A stretch of 64,000 nt of DNA, taken from NCBI GenBank assembly GCA_965215265.1, contig OZ244048.1, positions 2,016,001 to 2,080,000 on the forward strand. Reading direction: 5' to 3'. The first letter of the stretch is position 1. Each line of letters starts with the position of its first letter. Below are positions 44,576 through 55,020 of this stretch, piece by piece. The notes below the pieces were generated by a model, which was not told where the DNA came from, searched no databases, and was given only the letters and a program-made list of their open reading frames with translations. This stretch comes from Candidatus Poribacteria bacterium (lineage in GTDB: Bacteria > Poribacteria > WGA-4E > WGA-3G). Both the position numbers and the translations under genes were made by a program.

Positions 44576-46543
44576 TTATTCTTCGCCGGGTCCTTGCAAA
44601 TTTTTAAGACGCCGCTGAACGTTTTGGTTATAGCGGTTCGTCTCTAAAAAACTTTTCCATAAAGTTATCGCATCATCATTGTAGCCTTGTGAAACATAGT
44701 AGTCTCCCAATGCTAAAACGGCGGTATCAGATAACGGATCTTTTTCAATTGCTTTTTTGAAAGCCGCAATAGCTTTTTCACCATCGCCACTCAGAACTGC
44801 GAGCTCCGCTCTGCCATACGGAATTAACGCGTGTTCAGGATATTCAGTCTCCAATTCATCAATGAGTTGCTGTGCCTCCTCCATGCCTCTCACGTGGAAG
44901 GTTGCACGCGCAGCAAGAACACTCAGATACACGATTTGATGGCGGAGCTCCCGTTTCTCGGTACTACTCTCCGATTTCTTCAAAAACCGTTTCGCCGTTC
45001 TGGCAGCGGCTCTATACTTTGATCGCGCTTGGACATAGTTATCATATTTATAACAGAGATCCCCAAGGGTCTTTGAACCTATGTAACTATCGCTTTTTGC
45101 ATCAACGAGATCTTGAAAAATCCCAGCGGCCTTTCGCTCCTTCAAACGGTAGTGCAGCACCTCCGCGAGACTTTGCAAGGCATCCATATTCCCTGTATTG
45201 GCGGCAACAGAACGTTCCAAGGCTTCGCGCTCCTTTTCAGGCTCCCCTAACTTTTTGTGGGCAAGTGCTATCAGCCAGTATACCTCAGAATCTTTGTTCC
45301 GGTTGAGGCCAACAACCGAGTTATACGTTTCGATCGCTTTCTCGTATTCTTCATTGGTATATTGATTACGGGCAGTACTAATCACTGCCTCAACCACACC
45401 ACTATCGCGGCGTGCAGCTTTTTTGAGTACCTCTTTTGCCCGTTGATGCATGCCGACTTTGCGGTAGCAAACCGAGAGTTTGAGGTAGCTGTAAGGGTCT
45501 ATTTTCTCACTGTTCGCCTCGGCCCGCGTGATCGCGTCGTAGTACAACGCCCCTGCGTCGCGGTAACTCTCATCGCCATAGAAGAAGTTCGCAATCATTA
45601 GTTCTGCATCGTGGTAACTTCCTTGATCATCGCCAACAATAGCTGTCTGGCCACCAAAACTGCGCATCACCTCTGACGCGCTCACCCCGAACCCTGAATC
45701 CGCAATTTGGATGTCCACATTGCCCATTGCACGGCTCCGTTCGACCCCCCCGCGCGGCCGGTCTAGCTCGCGCCGTGCCTCTTGTCTCGCCAACGCCCTA
45801 CCGTACTGGGTTGAGAGCGGATCGTCGGGTGTCGGGATACTCGCGTTCAGTGCCTTGAGCTCTTCCTTCGCTTTTTCAATCTCTTTCTCGGTACCTTCAA
45901 CCTTCCCATATCTTTTTACAAGGGATTGATACGTCCGCTTCGCCTCGTCCTCATTCTTGAGATGCTCGCGCTGGATACGTGCTTTATTAGCGATGGCCTG
46001 CGCTGCACGCTCACTACGCGGGTTGCGGTTGGCGAAATTATCGAAAACCTCAACGGCTTGTTCAAATTCTTGGGATTCTTCGTAGCTTTTTGCTAACATG
46101 AGTTGTGCATTATGACTCAACTCCAACTGTGGAAATCGGTTCACAATTGTGTCAAATTGGATTTGCGCCGTTTTAAAATCTTTCTCTCTATAATAGTGCA
46201 TGCCGAGCCGATAGTGGGCTTCAGCCGCCTGATCGCTTTCCGGTGCCTCCGCGATGATCGCCTCGTAGGCTTTAACGCCAGCTGCCGGTTGATTCAACCG
46301 TTCAATTGAGAGTTTACCGATAGCAAGTTGTGCTTCCCGTGCTTCAACGGTGCCGGGTTTGGAATCCGCAATGCTTTGATAAATCTCAATAGCACCTCGA
46401 TAGTCTTTCGCTTCAACTAATTTTTCCGCATTCCTCGCGGCTCCGCCGCCAAGGCAACCAAACTGGGGCAGCGTGAGTAGCATAATCATTAATATAGCCG
46501 GTAAATATCCTTTAGCAAGCAGTCCATGACTGATAAACTTCAT
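44576..46543 (-). CDS. TPR-repeat (lipo)protein
   Basis: Lipobox-like QFG-C; many TPR units (A...LG..Y...A...F..I...P). Confidence 0.85.
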   Translation of the reverse strand: MKFISHGLLAKGYLPAILMIMLLTLPQFGCLGGGAARNAEKLVEAKDYRGAIEIYQSIADSKPGTVEAREAQLAIGKLSIERLNQPAAGVKAYEAIIAEAPESDQAAEAHYRLGMHYYREKDFKTAQIQFDTIVNRFPQLELSHNAQLMLAKSYEESQEFEQAVEVFDNFANRNPRSERAAQAIANKARIQREHLKNEDEAKRTYQSLVKRYGKVEGTEKEIEKAKEELKALNASIPTPDDPLSTQYGRALARQEARRELDRPRGGVERSRAMGNVDIQIADSGFGVSASEVMRSFGGQTAIVGDDQGSYHDAELMIANFFYGDESYRDAGALYYDAITRAEANSEKIDPYSYLKLSVCYRKVGMHQRAKEVLKKAARRDSGVVEAVISTARNQYTNEEYEKAIETYNSVVGLNRNKDSEVYWLIALAHKKLGEPEKEREALERSVAANTGNMDALQSLAEVLHYRLKERKAAGIFQDLVDAKSDSYIGSKTLGDLCYKYDNYVQARSKYRAAARTAKRFLKKSESSTEKRELRHQIVYLSVLAARATFHVRGMEEAQQLIDELETEYPEHALIPYGRAELAVLSGDGEKAIAAFKKAIEKDPLSDTAVLALGDYYVSQGYNDDAITLWKSFLETNRYNQNVQRRLKNLQGPGEE

Positions 46544-46585
46544 GCGTTTTCTCCTTCTATCAGTGCTTATTGGCATCCAGTTCTC

Positions 46586-47719
46586 CTAATACATCTTCTT
46601 AGATGCACATTCGTTAATGAGAGTTAACACAGTTTCTCGACTATACCCTTCTTTTTGAATAATAGCATCGCAATCCACTCTATTTTTCGCATCGGGTCCA
46701 CGGCCCGCCTCAAGAATCGAGTTGGTTAGCCAACTGGTTCGCACGCCATTGATGCCGGAGGTGTAGTTGGTATCGTAGTCGCCTTTGACTAAACCGACGA
46801 GCTGGTCTATTTTGTTGTTAGGATAGCCAACCGGGCGGGGATACTCAAGCGCTTTTGCCTCACCGCCCTTGGGTATGTAACGGATGCCGTTTTTAATTTC
46901 AATAGTGCCCTCATCCCCTTCAAGAATCACCCACTCTTCAAAACCGACGCGGGTATTGCCTAGGATAGTGATAGTCCCTTTAGCACCATTATCCAACGTT
47001 ACGTCGGAGTAGGAATTAATCTCAACGAATTTAGGGACAAGATTTCCATCTTCATCCTCAAATTTCTTGTCCGTTGTTCCGTAAACTTCAGCCGGTAGTG
47101 CAGAGGTCATCCACAAAAAGATATCTTGTAGGTGGCTTCCGGAGTCGTTTGGCTGGCCACCACCGGAAAATCTCGCATCTCCACGCCATCCACCGGCTCC
47201 CCAACGTTGCGCCATATAAACTTCAAATCTCTGTAGGTTTCCGATAAGCCCTTCCGCAATTGCTCGTCTGGCGGCCATGTAGGTACTTTCATAATGCCGT
47301 TGGTAGCCGCCGACAAGGTGCAAACCACTCCCCAAGGCGATTTTCGTCACCGCGATAGCATCACCTACAATATTCGCCATCGGTTTCTCTACGATAACAT
47401 GACAGCCTGCCCGAAGGGCATACTTCACATGTATATCGTGAAGTGAATGGGGAGAGAAAACACCGACGATGTCCAGGTCTTCGTGATTGAGCATCTCTAC
47501 AAATTCGTACTCACCAACGTAACGTTTGAAACTATTAGGTTGATAACCCTCAACACGTTCATTGAGTGCGTTCTCTAAAACGTCCAGGCTCCCTTCGTTG
47601 TTATCCGCAGCAGCAACGACTGCGGCATCGTCGCGCGTCGCGAATCCAAGGGTATTGCCACGCCCAGCACCGCCAGGGCCGATAACCCCAACTCTTAAAA
47701 TATCGTTTTTATTTCTCAT
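46586..47719 (-). CDS. Gfo/Idh/MocA family oxidoreductase
   Basis: VGVIGPG..G, HVIVEKPMA, GGG..DSGSH. Confidence 0.9.
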   Translation of the reverse strand: MRNKNDILRVGVIGPGGAGRGNTLGFATRDDAAVVAAADNNEGSLDVLENALNERVEGYQPNSFKRYVGEYEFVEMLNHEDLDIVGVFSPHSLHDIHVKYALRAGCHVIVEKPMANIVGDAIAVTKIALGSGLHLVGGYQRHYESTYMAARRAIAEGLIGNLQRFEVYMAQRWGAGGWRGDARFSGGGQPNDSGSHLQDIFLWMTSALPAEVYGTTDKKFEDEDGNLVPKFVEINSYSDVTLDNGAKGTITILGNTRVGFEEWVILEGDEGTIEIKNGIRYIPKGGEAKALEYPRPVGYPNNKIDQLVGLVKGDYDTNYTSGINGVRTSWLTNSILEAGRGPDAKNRVDCDAIIQKEGYSRETVLTLINECASKKMY

Positions 47720-47866
47720 CGTTAAGGTACTCCTTGTCACCGAAAACACAAAAATCAACCACCTCTACTACACTTTGCCTATAAGAACACGATTAGCTTT
47801 TGCTAGGACAAGCACCAACCGTGCTGCGATTACCTTGCACCTTGCATTCTCATGCTAGCTTGCAAA

Positions 47867-48607
47867 TTACGGTTTAAAAAGGCGGAAGAGTTTTTTCACC
47901 GGATCATAGAATTCGTCTACAACGCGCTCTTTGAGGGGGATAATCGCATTGTCCGTAATCGTAATATGTTCTGGACATACCTTCGTGCAACATTTTGTGA
48001 TGTTACAATACCCGATTCCGTCGGAATTTTTCAGTTCAGCGAGGCGATTCTCGGTGTCAATGGGATGCATCTCCAGCGATGCCGCATAGACAAAAAACCG
48101 AGGGCCGATGAACTCTTCATGGAGCTCGTGTTCGCGCAGCACATGGCACACATCTTGGCATAAGAAACACTCAATGCACTTCCGGAATTCTTGGACATGA
48201 TCAATATCTTCCTGCGCCATGCGCCATGTTCCATCTTCAGCATCCGGTTCCCGCGGTGTAAACGGTTTAATCTTCTGTTTAACCTTAAAGTTCCACGACA
48301 CATCCGTGACGAGATCTTTAATGAGTGGGAACGCACGCATCGGTTCTAAGGTTATCGGTTCGTCAACCGGAAAATCGCTCATCCGCGTCATACACAATAG
48401 CCTAGGATTTCCATTGATTTCGGCGGAACAGGAACCACACTTTCCAGCCTTACAATTCCATCGGACTGCCAAATCATTTGCCTGCTCCGCTTGTATGCGG
48501 TGAACGGCATCAAGCACTACCATGCCTTCAGAAACGTCAGTCTCGTAATCAACGAATTGAGCACCGTTGGCATCACCGCGCCAGATTCTAAAGGTTGTTT
48601 TTGCCAT
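47867..48607 (-). CDS. sdhB: Succinate dehydrogenase/fumarate reductase Fe-S subunit
   Basis: CKAGKCGSC...C; CIECFLCQDVC; CNITKCCTKVCP. Confidence 0.95.
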   Translation of the reverse strand: MAKTTFRIWRGDANGAQFVDYETDVSEGMVVLDAVHRIQAEQANDLAVRWNCKAGKCGSCSAEINGNPRLLCMTRMSDFPVDEPITLEPMRAFPLIKDLVTDVSWNFKVKQKIKPFTPREPDAEDGTWRMAQEDIDHVQEFRKCIECFLCQDVCHVLREHELHEEFIGPRFFVYAASLEMHPIDTENRLAELKNSDGIGYCNITKCCTKVCPEHITITDNAIIPLKERVVDEFYDPVKKLFRLFKP

Positions 48608-48629
48608 CTTCGTATTTTTCCCCTCGCTT

Positions 48630-50459
48630 TTAGCCAATCTCTTCTATAATTTCCTGTAAATCCGACCGCAGCTCAGGTACAGGTTCGCGCCGAATCATCA
48701 TCGTGCCATCATTTGCTTTTTGGACAATAGTATTGTACTTCACAGCCCCCGGTTCTTCTTTCTCGGGATAATCATCGCGTGAGTGCGCGCCGATGCTCGC
48801 TCTACGTTCAAGAGCCGCTAAGGCAATTGCCTCTGATACCGTCAGAAGACTGTCAAGGTCTAGCGCAGTATGCCATCCGGCATTGTACTCACGATTACCG
48901 CTCGCATGAACCTCACGTGTACTCGCTTTTAATGCACGGATTTCCTCCAACGCACGTGTCAGGCTCTCCTCATTCCGCGCGATGCCAACTAAATCTTGCA
49001 TCTTCTCCTGCAGCTGTGCCTGAATTTGGTACGGGTTATCGCCATCAGAGGGGTTATCAAAAGGTTGAAGCACATGCTGTACTATCGTATCAACTTGTTC
49101 TCGGTCAATTTCTGGTACTGCGTTTTCTCTCGAAAACTGTGCAGCGTACTCACCTGCACGCTTCCCGAAAACGAGCAGATCGGAAAGTGAATTCCCGCCA
49201 AGCCGGTTTGCGCCGTGTAATCCTGCGGCGCATTCACCCGCCGCAAATAGCCCTTGAACTGCTGTCATCTGCGAATCAGCATCAACCCGGATGCCACCCA
49301 TGATATAGTGAGTTGTCGGGCCAACCTCCATCGGTTCTGCAGTGATGTCAATATCTGCTAATTCCTTGAACTGATGGTACATGCTGGGCAATTTTCTGCG
49401 GATATGCTCAGCTGCGTTTGGGATTTTTTCTTTGATCCATGCAATATCTAAGAAGACACCTCCGTGTGGACTGCCGCGTCCCTCTTGCACTTCATGTACA
49501 ATGCATCTGGCTACGTGGTCACGGGTTAGGAGCTCCGGGGGGCGCCGGGCATCCCTATCGCCTTGGGTGTACTGCCATCCTTCCTCAGGATTATCCGCGG
49601 TCTGATCGCGGTAGAGTTCAGGGATATCCTCAAACATAAAACGGTTTCCCTCGCTGTTTTTGAGGATGCCGCCTTCACCGCGGACACCTTCGGTGACTAA
49701 AATGCCGCGCACACTCGGCGGCCAAACCATCCCGGTTGGATGGAATTGAACAAATTCCATATCAATTAACTCTGCACCGGCATCGTAAGCGAGCGCATGT
49801 CCATCCCCGGTGTACTCCCAACTATTACTCGTGATTTTGTATGCCTTACCGACACCGCCTGTTGCCAAGACGACGGCTTTCGCTTTAAAAATTTTGAAAC
49901 GTCCCTTTTCACGTTCATATCCAAAAGCACCTGTGATGCGAACGCCATCGCCATCTTGCGAAGTGAGGAGCGCAACGATCGTATGCTCCATGTGTACTTC
50001 TATGCCTTGGTGGATGCCGTGGTCTTGCAGGGCGCGAATCATTTCTAATCCTGTCCTATCCCCAACGTGTGCAAGGCGTGGATATTGGTGCCCACCGAAG
50101 TTTCGTTGTAGAATACTTCCATCTGGTGTCCGATCAAAGAGGGCACCCCACGCCTCAAGTTCCCGTACACAATCCGGTGATTCCTTCGCGTGGAGCTCAC
50201 CCATCCGTGCATTGGAGAGGTACTGCCCACCGCGCATCGTATCCGCAAAATGGACCTTCCAACTGTCTCTTTCGTCAACGTTAGCGAGCGCGGCAGCGAC
50301 ACCACCCTCTGCCATCACAGTGTGTGCTTTACCGAGCAAGGACTTGCAGATAAGGCCAACCGAAACGTTCCCGTTAGCAGCCTCAATTGCAGCGCGCAGT
50401 CCCGCACCACCTGCACCTATTATCAGTACGTCATAATCATAATTCTCATAAGATGCCAC
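48630..50459 (-). CDS. sdhA: Succinate dehydrogenase/fumarate reductase flavoprotein
   Basis: GAGGAG, HTVMAEGG, QFHPTG, HYIMGG, HGANRLGGNSL. Confidence 0.96.
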   Translation of the reverse strand: MASYENYDYDVLIIGAGGAGLRAAIEAANGNVSVGLICKSLLGKAHTVMAEGGVAAALANVDERDSWKVHFADTMRGGQYLSNARMGELHAKESPDCVRELEAWGALFDRTPDGSILQRNFGGHQYPRLAHVGDRTGLEMIRALQDHGIHQGIEVHMEHTIVALLTSQDGDGVRITGAFGYEREKGRFKIFKAKAVVLATGGVGKAYKITSNSWEYTGDGHALAYDAGAELIDMEFVQFHPTGMVWPPSVRGILVTEGVRGEGGILKNSEGNRFMFEDIPELYRDQTADNPEEGWQYTQGDRDARRPPELLTRDHVARCIVHEVQEGRGSPHGGVFLDIAWIKEKIPNAAEHIRRKLPSMYHQFKELADIDITAEPMEVGPTTHYIMGGIRVDADSQMTAVQGLFAAGECAAGLHGANRLGGNSLSDLLVFGKRAGEYAAQFSRENAVPEIDREQVDTIVQHVLQPFDNPSDGDNPYQIQAQLQEKMQDLVGIARNEESLTRALEEIRALKASTREVHASGNREYNAGWHTALDLDSLLTVSEAIALAALERRASIGAHSRDDYPEKEEPGAVKYNTIVQKANDGTMMIRREPVPELRSDLQEIIEEIG

Positions 50460-50553
50460 GTGTCTTTATCCTTCTTTGAGCGGTTTCGTTATATTCATTT
50501 CCGAGACAGAATAGGGCACTTAGACTGCCGCTCCGGTGATGTCTCTCTTTTTT

Positions 50554-51354
50554 TTATAGGAGAATCCAATCCTGCCACCCGGTTGTCGCTAAAACGCGTA
50601 CGTAAACATCAGAAAGGGCAACCCAGCAAAGACTCGTCCAGGCCCAGAGCATGTGCCGGCGGTTTAGGCAGCTGATACAGTCATAAGCTTGACGCCGAAC
50701 CGGGGTCTTAGAAAGCAAATCAATAACTCCGCCAACTAGATGGCGCAGCGAGTGGCAACCTAGGGTATATCCCCCTAAAAAGAATACATTCCCCGCTAAA
50801 ATCACAGTACCTATACCGAGGCCGAATGTCTCGCCACCACTCTCATTCTCAAACCACATCGCTTTCCAGACATCATACGCAAGAATGAACAAAAAAATTA
50901 GCGCGAGATATAGGAAATACCGATGAATATTTTGTATAACTAACGGGAACGAATATTCGCCACGATAACCTTTCCGTGGCTCTGACACGCTACAAGAAGG
51001 CGGATCTGCCCAAAAGGCTTTGTAGTAAGCACCACGATAATAGTAGCACGTAAAACGAAAACCTGCAGGCATCCAGAGAATCAGCGCAGCAGGCGAAATC
51101 CACCCCGGCAGCCACGCCGGCATGCTACCAAACCAACTATGTGAGCCAGGTTCATTGCTAAAAAGAAGCGGAGAATAAAACGGAGATAAATACGGACCAT
51201 GAAGGTAGTGAGAACCTTCTAAAACCCGGAACGTCGCGTAAACGATGAACGCGCCTAACCCGAAAAAAACAGCAAGCGGCTGCAACCACCAAGTATCTCG
51301 ACGCTGCGTCTGAAACGGACGGCGGTTGATTAAGGTTAATTCTGGATGTGTCAT
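50554..51354 (-). CDS. SDH membrane anchor, mycobacterial Sdh1 (Rv0249c)-like
   Basis: YLSPFYSP, FRFTCYYYRGAYY.AFWADPP.C, QNIHRYF, GCHSLRH, N..HM..AW motifs; lies upstream of sdhA. Confidence 0.85.
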   Translation of the reverse strand: MTHPELTLINRRPFQTQRRDTWWLQPLAVFFGLGAFIVYATFRVLEGSHYLHGPYLSPFYSPLLFSNEPGSHSWFGSMPAWLPGWISPAALILWMPAGFRFTCYYYRGAYYKAFWADPPSCSVSEPRKGYRGEYSFPLVIQNIHRYFLYLALIFLFILAYDVWKAMWFENESGGETFGLGIGTVILAGNVFFLGGYTLGCHSLRHLVGGVIDLLSKTPVRRQAYDCISCLNRRHMLWAWTSLCWVALSDVYVRVLATTGWQDWILL

Positions 51355-51532
51355 ATATGTAAATATCCTTAATGTCTGAATCGAGGATGGACAGGATTAT
51401 AGGATTTTTTTAACATGAAGGCTTGGGTAACTAACTGATGCCCATTCTTAGAGTAGGAACCAACGATGATTGTACTACCCTCTTTGTTACTATTAGGATA
51501 CTATAAATCCACTTTAAATGCAAGATAAAATT

Positions 51533-52273
51533 TTACAAAAAGCGCTTGTGCGTCAACGGTTCCCACCCCAGCAACCTTTTCGCTTTTGAAAGGTTAATCT
51601 CCTTTTGTTCATAATCGCCTGCTATAAATACAGCATTGAACCCCTGGGGCACTGCTGAAATTGCAGCGAGATATGCCCGGGCGAGGTCCTCCTCATCCGT
51701 CCACCAGATATGTACCGACGGAGGCTTCGGCTGGTTTCGCCGCTCAAGCCACTCTGCACGCGTAGATGGACCCGTGATACGCAACCCAATGAGCGACATG
51801 TCGTGTTCCCGCGCAAAATACTCGCAGATTTGCTCACCAAAACCCTTTGTTAAACCGTAAACACCGGGGTTATCCCGCGGCACAACGTCTTCATACGGAA
51901 AATTGTTCCGGGTGCGTTCATGCACAGTAAAGGTACTGGTATAGACAGCGTGACGAATGCCGGCTTCCTTCGCAGCATGTAATACCAGATGGAGCCCTTT
52001 GGCGTTTACGTCATAATTTACGGCAATATCGCCAAAATCTGCTACCGAAGATCTATCGCTAGTCGGACGCTGCATCACCATGTAGACAACCGTATCCATC
52101 CCCTTGATAGCTTCTTGAACAATTGCAGCATCGGTAACGGAACCGCAGATATACTCTACAGATGCATCTTTAGGGGGTGATATATCAAGCACGCGGAATT
52201 CATGATGGGGCTTCATGTAAGGTAACGTCATTGTGCCGACTTTCCCTGAACCCCCGACAAGTAGAACCTTCAT
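51533..52273 (-). CDS. NAD-dependent epimerase/dehydratase family protein
   Basis: GGSGKVG, YGLTK, LGWEP. Confidence 0.9.
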   Translation of the reverse strand: MKVLLVGGSGKVGTMTLPYMKPHHEFRVLDISPPKDASVEYICGSVTDAAIVQEAIKGMDTVVYMVMQRPTSDRSSVADFGDIAVNYDVNAKGLHLVLHAAKEAGIRHAVYTSTFTVHERTRNNFPYEDVVPRDNPGVYGLTKGFGEQICEYFAREHDMSLIGLRITGPSTRAEWLERRNQPKPPSVHIWWTDEEDLARAYLAAISAVPQGFNAVFIAGDYEQKEINLSKAKRLLGWEPLTHKRFL

Positions 52274-52328
52274 GATTTATCTCTTCAATATCCTTTTAAT
52301 CAAACTGAACATGCCGCAGCATCTCTAA

Positions 52329-53183
52329 TTAGAATGTATAGTCGCGGTGCTGAATCCGTAGGTCGAACGCATCACTCACTTCCCATGCCGGCATCTCTGC
52401 TGGCACATTGTAAGCGAACTGCTCAGTGTCGGATGAATATGGGTTCGTCCTCCGTTCGTGAAGTGCACGTTGGTAGAGTTTGCAGCGTTGAGTCAAAAAT
52501 TCGGGGTGCCACCATCTGTACGTCTCGTTCCACCGTGGTGTCCGCTGGTCAAAATAGATAACACGGCGCAGGGCATCACTCGTGTTAATTTTACTTCCGT
52601 GGAGAACCTTCGTATGATGAAGCAATATGTCTCCGGGCTCAACCTCAGCTGGCACCGCATCGGCACGCTCAAAGTTCGATTCACCTCTATCAATGATTTC
52701 CTGCGCCTCTTCAATGCCCCAGAGATGACTCTTCGGAATAACCCAAACACATCCATTATCTACAGTAGAACTATCAATATAGATATCAATGTTGAAGATA
52801 GGATGATTCTCTCGAATCGCATTGCCGTCACGGTGCCAGCGTACAGAGGAACCATGCCTGGGCAATTTGAATACAAGCGATTCGTAGCACGGAATGAAGT
52901 CCGGCCCGACTATCCGGTGTAGCAGATCTCCGATGAACGGATGTCCCAGCAACCGCATGGAAAACTCGTTTGGGTGAGAATGCAAGTACGTTAAATAGTA
53001 AGGAATCCCTTCGGGGCCACGGTTGCACCAGGCATCTGCCGGGCCCCCTGCCAAAATCTCGTCAATAAGCCGTTGGCTCTCTCCCTGCATGACAGCGAGC
53101 TCGTCGGACTGGATAACCTGTTTGAGGATAAGATACCCGTTATCATTGAAAAACTGAATTTCGTTGTCTGTAATCTTTCGCAT
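52329..53183 (-). CDS. Phytanoyl-CoA dioxygenase (PhyH) family 2OG-Fe(II) oxygenase
   Basis: F..NGY, WHRD, NGC.WVIP.SH, GD.L.H...LHGS..N.S...R. Confidence 0.9.
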   Translation of the reverse strand: MRKITDNEIQFFNDNGYLILKQVIQSDELAVMQGESQRLIDEILAGGPADAWCNRGPEGIPYYLTYLHSHPNEFSMRLLGHPFIGDLLHRIVGPDFIPCYESLVFKLPRHGSSVRWHRDGNAIRENHPIFNIDIYIDSSTVDNGCVWVIPKSHLWGIEEAQEIIDRGESNFERADAVPAEVEPGDILLHHTKVLHGSKINTSDALRRVIYFDQRTPRWNETYRWWHPEFLTQRCKLYQRALHERRTNPYSSDTEQFAYNVPAEMPAWEVSDAFDLRIQHRDYTF

Positions 53184-53250
53184 TTTTTATAAAGTGCTCA
53201 AAAGTGATGTTTGACATCAAGTTAGGGATGTCCGCTTCACCAGAAACTTT

Positions 53251-54072
53251 CTAACCTATCCCGGTCGCGATTGCTGCATGCCAGTCTTCAACAAAGTGCT
53301 GGACAGACTGATATCTCAACCGTCGCTCCACTTTTATCGCCTTCTTGGCAACCCGCCAGAGTGCCTCGCTTCCTTTCCAATCTTCATGTGAATCGCTACT
53401 ATTAGCAAGTAACACGAATGCTGTTCGTCCAAGCATAAACACATTCGTGGTTGCATCAATCTGCTCGCCTTTTTGAAATTCTTCCGGGGCCATAAAACGG
53501 CTCGAGCCGTATAACCGCCCACGTTCGTTTATGAAAGGTGCCGCGTGATAATGGTCAAAATCAAAGAGGTGTACCTGCTTCTTCTCAAAATCATAAATGA
53601 TACACCCGTCATAAAAATCCTCGGCGATAAAACCCTTTTTTTCTATAAGCAGATGGACATCATAGATGACATTAAGCGCAGCGATAATTTCAATTGCCGG
53701 CAACGCACAGAACCTATCACGCGGATATATCTCACCAGGGCCGAGTTCTCTTTCAGGGCGCAGACTCTCTCCATCCACCCAATTGTAAACTAACGCGAAG
53801 CCTTCGCGTGTTATGAAGGAGTTATGCAACCGCGGGAGGGCATCGTGCTGGATAGCAGCGTGAAAGCGCACCGCCTGCTCGAGCCAGGTAATCGCTTGTG
53901 GAACATCACTATATTTAACGAACCACCGTTTCCCATTCACCTTGGCTCCGAACGAACGACATCCAGAGTCATGCTCCGGAAATCGATACGTAATTTCACC
54001 GATGCTATTCAGATATGATTCAATATCTGTATCAACCTGCTCAGTTTCCAGAAGGCTATATCGCACGGACAT
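53251..54072 (-). CDS. Atypical Ser/Thr protein kinase-like protein
   Basis: WFVK, catalytic-loop variant IAEDFYDG, DFD, GSSRFMAPEE. Confidence 0.75.
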   Translation of the reverse strand: MSVRYSLLETEQVDTDIESYLNSIGEITYRFPEHDSGCRSFGAKVNGKRWFVKYSDVPQAITWLEQAVRFHAAIQHDALPRLHNSFITREGFALVYNWVDGESLRPERELGPGEIYPRDRFCALPAIEIIAALNVIYDVHLLIEKKGFIAEDFYDGCIIYDFEKKQVHLFDFDHYHAAPFINERGRLYGSSRFMAPEEFQKGEQIDATTNVFMLGRTAFVLLANSSDSHEDWKGSEALWRVAKKAIKVERRLRYQSVQHFVEDWHAAIATGIG

Positions 54073-54415
54073 GGCAGAAATCTTATCCCAATTTAGTTAC
54101 AAAAAATAGTATACCCTAAAAATTCAAAAAAGTCACGTCTTTTCTAATTTTTTACCTTTTTACCTTCTGCCCCCTAAACCGCTAAACTATTAGAGCGTAG
54201 GCTAAAGATAAGATGTCATATCCGATAACAGCCTGAGGCCGTCAAAACTTGCACTCGCCAAAATCGTACCATCATGGCGAAAACGTGAGTGTCTGAACGT
54301 CAGTTATTCAGTGAGGCGAATGCAGAATCGCGCGCAGGTTTAAATCTTCTGGCCGCCACACATTTGGAGTTGCACACGAAAACAGCTTAACTCAAAATTT
54401 TGGCATACAAGAAAC

Positions 54416-54451
54416 TTGACACACAATCCTATATAGTATACTATAGTATAC
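54416..54451 (+). promoter_or_regulatory. Putative promoter for the HIT gene with an overlapping 16-bp palindrome
   Basis: TTGACA-N17-TACTAT; perfect palindrome GTATACTATAGTATAC at 54436-54451. Confidence 0.5.
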
Positions 54452-54501
54452 CATGAAACCTCGCAAAAACTAAAATTTTCTTGACACTTAAGGACCTCTT
54501 T

Positions 54502-55020
54502 ATGCGACAAAACCTTTTTGTACCCAATAAAATGTCTTATGCCAGAGGAAAAAACAGACCCGATGTTGCATGTATCTTGTGCGCAATCGTTGAAGGCAGT
54601 GAAAAAGTGGAACGGCTTGAGGTGCATCGAACACAACTGTTTACGATTTCACTCAACCTTTATCCATACAGCCCCGGACATCTCGTGATTTTTCCCAATC
54701 GCCATCTGCTTGATGTACGCCAGTTAAACTCCGATGAGGTAAAAGAACTTCACGAACTCCAGTGCCTCAGCGTTGAGATTTTGGGACAGCTGTATCAGCC
54801 TCGCGGTTACAACGTTGGCTATAACATGGGTGAGGCATCTGGTGCCAGTATTGCACATCTACATCTGCACGTTGTTCCACGCTATGCACGCGAATTAGGG
54901 TTTATAGATGTTATCAGTGGTGCAAGGATTATCATTGAAGACCCGAACACGACACAAGAAAAATTACAGCAGGCATTTCAAGAACTCGCAAAAACACCCG
55001 CAAGGAAACTAATGGACTAA
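54502..55020 (+). CDS. HIT family nucleotide hydrolase
   Basis: CILC, NLYPYSPGH, GYNVGYN.G..SGASI.HLHLHVVPR. Confidence 0.92.
   Translation: MRQNLFVPNKMSYARGKNRPDVACILCAIVEGSEKVERLEVHRTQLFTISLNLYPYSPGHLVIFPNRHLLDVRQLNSDEVKELHELQCLSVEILGQLYQPRGYNVGYNMGEASGASIAHLHLHVVPRYARELGFIDVISGARIIIEDPNTTQEKLQQAFQELAKTPARKLMD

Noticed and set aside
54180-54400. Possible ncRNA/riboswitch between the kinase and HIT genes
   Set aside because: Only one imperfect hairpin and no recognisable family motif.
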